From the NCBI GenBank assembly GCA_028023455.1, contig JAQFVV010000007.1, positions 6,758,001 through 6,822,000 on the forward strand: a stretch of 64,000 nt of DNA, written 5' to 3'. Origin of the DNA: Epiperipatus broadwayi (taxonomy: Eukaryota; Animalia; Onychophora). The stretch's first letter is position 1, and each line of letters begins with the position of its first letter. The translations under genes were made by a program, and so were the position numbers. Of this stretch, positions 60,593-64,000 are shown in pieces. The notes under the pieces are model-generated. The model did no database searches. It saw only the letters and a program-made list of their open reading frames with translations, and was not told the origin of the DNA.

Positions 60593-63500
60593 TACAGACT
60601 TTATCATCACAATTATTAATATAAAAAACAATAATAGGTCATTTTAAAATTAAAGTCCATTCATGCTATATTTAGAAGTTGGTGACCACAATCTGTAATA
60701 ATAGTAATAATATATAATTAGTTATAAATGAAAAAAAACACTAACCTATGATCAACTTTTAATCTGATTCAATTTATGTGAAGTCATCATAATTAACAAC
60801 ACTCTACTTTATTTGGTACAATGATAAAATGGCACACTCTGAAATTCATAATTTATGAATTAAGATACAGGTCTAACATTTCTGGTGCTTAAACTTCTTA
60901 TAAATTCCCAAACTATGGATCATTTAATTATTTTATTTATAACGTTTAATCAAAGTTATGAACCATATAAGTCTGGGTTTCTCAATCTGGAGTACTGCAC
61001 TTTTAGAAATTACAGGAAGCATGTCTGTGAGATATAGAGAATAGCAGATAAAGATGTGTATTATGCCATTAATATATTCTAAAAATAGTTACGTTAACAT
61101 TTCTGAGCTGTTCCATATGAATACTGTCTGTTAACCATACCAGCAACATTTCAAGTATCTTTTCAGATATGGTCACAGTGAGATTGCATAGACTTTTTCT
61201 CATTGCAGGGTCCAATAACTCAAAAGATCCAGTTAAGATTTATTTACCAAATGATTATGAAAACTTAATTACTATTTATTTCTTATTATAATGAATAGAG
61301 GGTACTGGATAATATACTAAAAAGACAATGAAAATACGAGGACAATCTTGATCTAAGTATTGTATAAATTTTTAAATTGTCAGTTTCAACAAAAATTATA
61401 TTTTTCAAAATAAATAATAAAAAAAATAAATGCTTTTATTTTAATTTAAGCCAAAAAATATTAAAAATCGAGTATTTACATTTTATATCTACATACCAAA
61501 ACATCACAGTTCGCAATTAATGTTCAGCAATAGCACTAATTAAAAAAAGAGACATATGGCTCAGGAATTCATAAGAACTTCAATGTCAAATGTACAAGTT
61601 GCAGAATCGGATATTCTACTTACTGCACCCAACCATGCAGGGTAGCAATAACTAATCATATGTAACTCAAATAATTGTTTTTGACTTTGCAAAAATCTCA
61701 ACGAATATCTTCCAATGTGGAATATCTTTCTATATTAAAGTGATTAAGTAAAAAAATGAAATAATCAAATAAGCAGGTAGTTAAGAAATTATGTGATATT
61801 TGATTACAAGAAGGGCCTTTAGTATTTGAACTCTATCTCTGCAACCACATTAAAATTACAGAACATTAAAGGCATTGGAAAAGATCTATATTGTGGAAGT
61901 GTGTACTTACATATATTCTGACTTGAAGCCATTCATTTTGTAAACACTCAGCAAAGAGGCAATCAATTTTCAAATAATAGTATTTTCAAATAAATGGCTA
62001 TTTAAATAACAAAAACACAATATTTATTGCACATTTAATAATTAAGCAAATATATAAATTATGTATAAATTGTCTTCATAAAAATGCACCACTCTTTTAA
62101 ATTTTTACTTTATTCCAATTTTCTAACTATTTCAAATAACTTGCAGTCTTCATCAGAGTTCATGTTTTTACCTCTGTCATTGTGATAATTTCTGGAACTT
62201 AATATCAATGGATTGCAAACAAATTCTATTATTTCTAATCCTCAAACTTTTTATAAACTCCCTGAGCAATAAACCAGTAAGTATTATAATTTTTAATATT
62301 ACACCCTGAATATTATTGCCTTTTTGTTTTTTATTTTAGAAGTTTAAAGTTGAGTAAGTTTTTTATTTCTGTTATATCTCAACTTATCTTCAACTAATCT
62401 ACTAGTTCAGATTCCTTCTTATCTTGATCAGATTGAGCATTCATTACCATAGACCAATAGGTATATAAATAGATAAGATATATCCAATAAGTGATGGATT
62501 TTCAGTAAATCTGATTGCTTTCAAGATCTGGCAGTAAATAGGTAGTCCAGTTGGAAGTCAAACAACAACAAATTACTGACAGAGCAAAACAGCAGAATGC
62601 ACACTATCCACTGTATTACTAAAGCAATGAGGAAAGTTCACGATAAAACTGGAAACTGCTAGATCATAAACTAGATATGGGCAAGCTGTCACAGTACAGC
62701 TGAAAGTGTTAAGTAAACCCAGAAAAGCAGCTGAAGTTCCTTATAGTAATAGTTGCATGGCAACTAAATGCTATACCAAGCCAACATATCAGGTGTACAA
62801 TATAGAAAACATTACTGTATGTAATCTGCATATATATTATAACCAATGAAAATGAATGATTGATGAACTAATAACTAATAAACCAATATATAACAAGAAC
62901 AATAAAGTCATACCCATCAAAAAACATGATTTGACTTAAACAATATGATGACACAGATTAACAACAGTAATGACAATATGATAGGCTAAGCTCAGGGTTC
63001 TCATATATAATATATGCTATAATAAAAAGAGCCATAGGGGTAAAAAAATAATAACACTAAGCATTGTAAATATACTAATTAACATTTAATAAATTTTAAG
63101 AGGAACTCTCAACTCACTCTTACAAACTACAAATGCTCTTCATATTGAAAGCATATCAAAAAGAGTAGTTAGATTATAATATATTCTTTCTCATAACATA
63201 TTTTTAAATACCCCCTCCAATATAATAACACATCTCACAACCACTATTCTCAACATTCATTGCAATGATCTGATCCACAATTCAAAACCCTTGATAAAGG
63301 ATAATGTTTCTTAGGTTTTATTTGTGCCACTTTACTTTTCAAAATAATTTCTTTTGCCAAAAACAATTTCTTTTGATCATTGATTATAATAGTAAGATCT
63401 CAGAGTTCTTTATTAAATATTTTTAATATTAAAATTTTCACTCTTTTATTTTATTTGTGAATTATTAAACAATGAATGGCATCCTAGTGAAAATATGAGG

Positions 63501-64000
63501 AGACATACTCTTATTCCTAAGATAATGTCTACCTAATTTACAATAATAATAATGACAAATTTAAAAGAAAATATTTTAATTAAAATAAAATACATAGAAA
63601 CTCTTAATTTAGAATAAAATAATAATCTACTAGGATAGCATTCAAATACCAAGAGTGGATAAGGGATTTTATGGCCACTCAGAATATCCTATTAACAATT
63701 CATACCAAATCTTTCTTATAACTTTAAGATAAATAATTTAAGCATTAAATTTATAATGAATAATCAATTACAATCTTATGAGTAAGCAGATAATAATTTT
63801 ATCACAAAGGCAGTCTTCTTTTAATAATTGCACATGGATTAAAGTGATTTTTAAAAAAAAATAAATCTTTTATTTCTTAGATGCATTCTTAACATCTGTA
63901 AACCATTCTAACAAAGTGATTATTATCTTCAATTTTATGTGCATGTACTCTTAATAACTAAAATAAAATATAATTGTATCATTGATTATATAATGTTAAG

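Noticed and set aside
63285-63320. CCTTGATAAAGG, like a PLE-end variant core
   Set aside because: No GAAA or helix III, and no adjacent GIY-YIG remnant recognised.

Overview
This is very AT-rich, CpG-depleted eukaryotic (probably arthropod-like) intronic or intergenic DNA, and I can support no intact host protein-coding gene in it. Almost all recognisable content is decayed mobile DNA: five 3' fragments of one (CATCA)n-tailed LINE, several RTE- and L1/Tx1-like fragments, two tRNA-derived SINEs, one hAT-type MITE with an 8-bp TSD, and a long foldback element. The main signal is a set of type I hammerhead-ribozyme (HHR) motifs in at least five unrelated short repeat families. These sit alongside two decayed Penelope-like (RT + GIY-YIG) elements that share their architecture: inverted 5' arm, direct arm, one-sided tail and 11-14 bp TSD. 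The clearest case is 6827-9420, a 2.6-kb palindromic multimer of a ~430-nt monomer with one HHR motif per monomer, flanked by a 13-bp TSD. It looks like a retrozyme-type insertion (ribozyme circRNA mobilised by a Penelope-like element). All alignments and folds were done by eye. Element ends are approximate unless a TSD is quoted. Ribozyme activity and novelty are untested.
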